A stretch of 64,000 nt of DNA from an uncultured beta proteobacterium (GTDB taxonomy: Bacteria; Pseudomonadota; Gammaproteobacteria; Burkholderiales; SG8-41), in assembly GCA_903905655.1 (NCBI GenBank), contig CAIVHG010000035.1, forward strand, positions 722-64,721, in the 5' to 3' direction. Under the pieces are notes generated by a model. That model did not search any database and was not told the origin of the DNA. It was given only the letters and a program-made list of their open reading frames with translations. A program made the position numbers and the translations under genes. Of this stretch, positions 62,506-64,000 are shown in pieces (within the stretch, counting starts at the first letter, position 1; each line of letters begins with the position of its first letter).

Positions 62506-63999
62506 TTACGCGGAAAGCGCGCGGCGCGGAGCACGCAGCATGCGCGCGACTTCATCCGCGGGCAGCGGCTTTCCATACAGATCGCCCTGCGCTGCATTGC
62601 ACTTGAGCAGCCTCAGGTATTTGGCCTGATCTTCGGTCTCAACACCCTCCGCAACCACGACCAGATCAAGCGAATGCGCAAGCGAGATGATGATGGAGAT
62701 GATGGTCATGCTCTCGGAAGCCGTTACCATGTTTCGAACGAAGGATTGATCGATCTTGAGCGTGCTGACAGGGAGCTTTGCAAGATAGGAAAGGGACGAG
62801 TAGCCAGTCCCGAAGTCGTCGACGTGAATGCCGATGCCCATGTCCTTGAATGCCCGCAGCTTCGCGATATTGTCCTCGATGTCTTCCATGATGATGCTCT
62901 CGGTGATTTCCAGATCGAGGCCGAGCTTCTCGCTGCCCGATGCTGCGATCGCCTCGCGCACGCTGCGCACAAAGTCCTCACGCCTGAACTGCACCGCAGA
63001 CACGTTCACCGAAACGCGCGGCGGCTGCAGCCCCAGCCTGAACCACTCCTGAAGGTCGCCGAGCGCCTGGTGGAAGGCCCAGCGCCCGGCCTCGACGATC
63101 ATTCCGGTCTCCTCGAGCAAGGGGATGAATTCCTGAGGAGAGATCAGGCCGCCGTCCGGATCGTTCCAGCGGATCAGCCCCTCGAGGCCGCACAGGGCGC
63201 CGGTCGCCAAATCGACCTTGGGTTGGTAATGCATGACGAATTGCTGCTTTTCGAGCGCGGCGCGCAGCTTGTTTTCCAGCAGCAGCGTACGCTTCAAAGT
63301 CGCATTCATCTGCGGGGCATAGAAATGTAAGCGATAGCCACTGCTCTTGGCGCTTCTGAGCGCCGCCTCGACGTTCCGGTACAGGCTGTCCGCGTCCTCC
63401 CCATCCGCCGGGTACACGGCAACGCCGGCGCGCGCCGACAGGCGTAGCTGCGTGGCGCCCGCTTCGAACGGCGGATCGAATACCGCTGCCATCATCCCTT
63501 CCACGAAGTGCACGACCCGCCCTGCGTCTTCGTTGCGCAGGAAGGAAACCGCGAAATGATCGCCGCCCACGCGCGCCAGCAGTCCCGTTTCGCCGGCCGC
63601 GTCTTTGAGGCGCTGCGCCACCTGCTGCAGCAATTTATCGCTCGCCTGCCGGCCGAGCGTCTCGTTGACGTTGCGGAAACGCTCGAGATTGAAGATCGCG
63701 ACGAAAAATGGCCGCTTCTTCTCGCGCCGCGACGCAGTCAGGCGCTGCTCGAGCTGGAGGCCGAACAGCGTGCGATTGGCGATCCCCGTGAGCTGGTCGT
63801 AATACGCCAGATAATTGAGCTTCTCCTCTTTCGCGATATGGTCGAGAGCAAACGCAACGTCGCTGGCCAGCTCGTCCAGCAGCTTGATTTCCTCGTCGTT
63901 GAAGAACCCGCTCTCCTTGGTATAGAGTGTCATGGTTCCCGCGAGCTGGTCCTCAATTATCAGCGGCAGCACGATGCCCGAATGGTAGCCGCGCCGCAG
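62506..63999 (-). CDS. GAF-GGDEF-EAL protein, 5' truncated by the window end; probable c-di-GMP phosphodiesterase
   Basis: GAF tail, YDQLTG, degenerate GGDHF, EGLIRW, EITES, DDFGTGYSS, AEGVET. The frame is open to the window edge. Confidence 0.92.
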   Translation of the reverse strand: MRRGYHSGIVLPLIIEDQLAGTMTLYTKESGFFNDEEIKLLDELASDVAFALDHIAKEEKLNYLAYYDQLTGIANRTLFGLQLEQRLTASRREKKRPFFVAIFNLERFRNVNETLGRQASDKLLQQVAQRLKDAAGETGLLARVGGDHFAVSFLRNEDAGRVVHFVEGMMAAVFDPPFEAGATQLRLSARAGVAVYPADGEDADSLYRNVEAALRSAKSSGYRLHFYAPQMNATLKRTLLLENKLRAALEKQQFVMHYQPKVDLATGALCGLEGLIRWNDPDGGLISPQEFIPLLEETGMIVEAGRWAFHQALGDLQEWFRLGLQPPRVSVNVSAVQFRREDFVRSVREAIAASGSEKLGLDLEITESIIMEDIEDNIAKLRAFKDMGIGIHVDDFGTGYSSLSYLAKLPVSTLKIDQSFVRNMVTASESMTIISIIISLAHSLDLVVVAEGVETEDQAKYLRLLKCNAAQGDLYGKPLPADEVARMLRAPRRALSA

Positions 64000-64000
64000 C

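Overview
GC-rich chromosomal window, most likely from a betaproteobacterium (Burkholderiales-like: Bug/TctC protein, mnmC, gspC-N). This is inferred from gene content, not from a marker gene. No rRNA, tRNA, CRISPR array or mobile element was seen. From left to right: (1) a TonB-dependent receptor/ExbBD/TonB/metallophosphoesterase/porin cluster with three PHO-box-type promoters; (2) a DUF1800-DUF1501 pair and a nitrobindin-like gene; (3) the main find, a divergent multiheme-cytochrome locus of about 11.5 kb; (4) a DUF2946 (CruR-like, CxxC plus RGPP) leader with a TonB receptor, TonB and Bug protein; (5) a cytoplasmic molybdopterin enzyme, OsmC-family protein, two duplicated binding proteins and an ABC transporter, divergent from sbp-cysTWA; (6) a gspC-N type II secretion cluster bracketed by two Ser/Thr/Gly-rich lipoproteins; (7) an MFS transporter, a two-component system, mnmC, a crotonase, a nitronate monooxygenase and a truncated GAF-GGDEF-EAL gene. 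In the cytochrome locus, the left arm encodes an OmcE-like tetraheme cytochrome, two NHL lipoproteins, a large beta-barrel and a 12-heme protein with an OmcE-like N-terminal module. The right arm encodes a cytochrome-b-like membrane protein, a 24-heme periplasmic cytochrome and an Fe-S flavoprotein. Together they look like a candidate cytoplasm-to-nanowire electron conduit. All family assignments come from motif recognition by eye; no searches were run.
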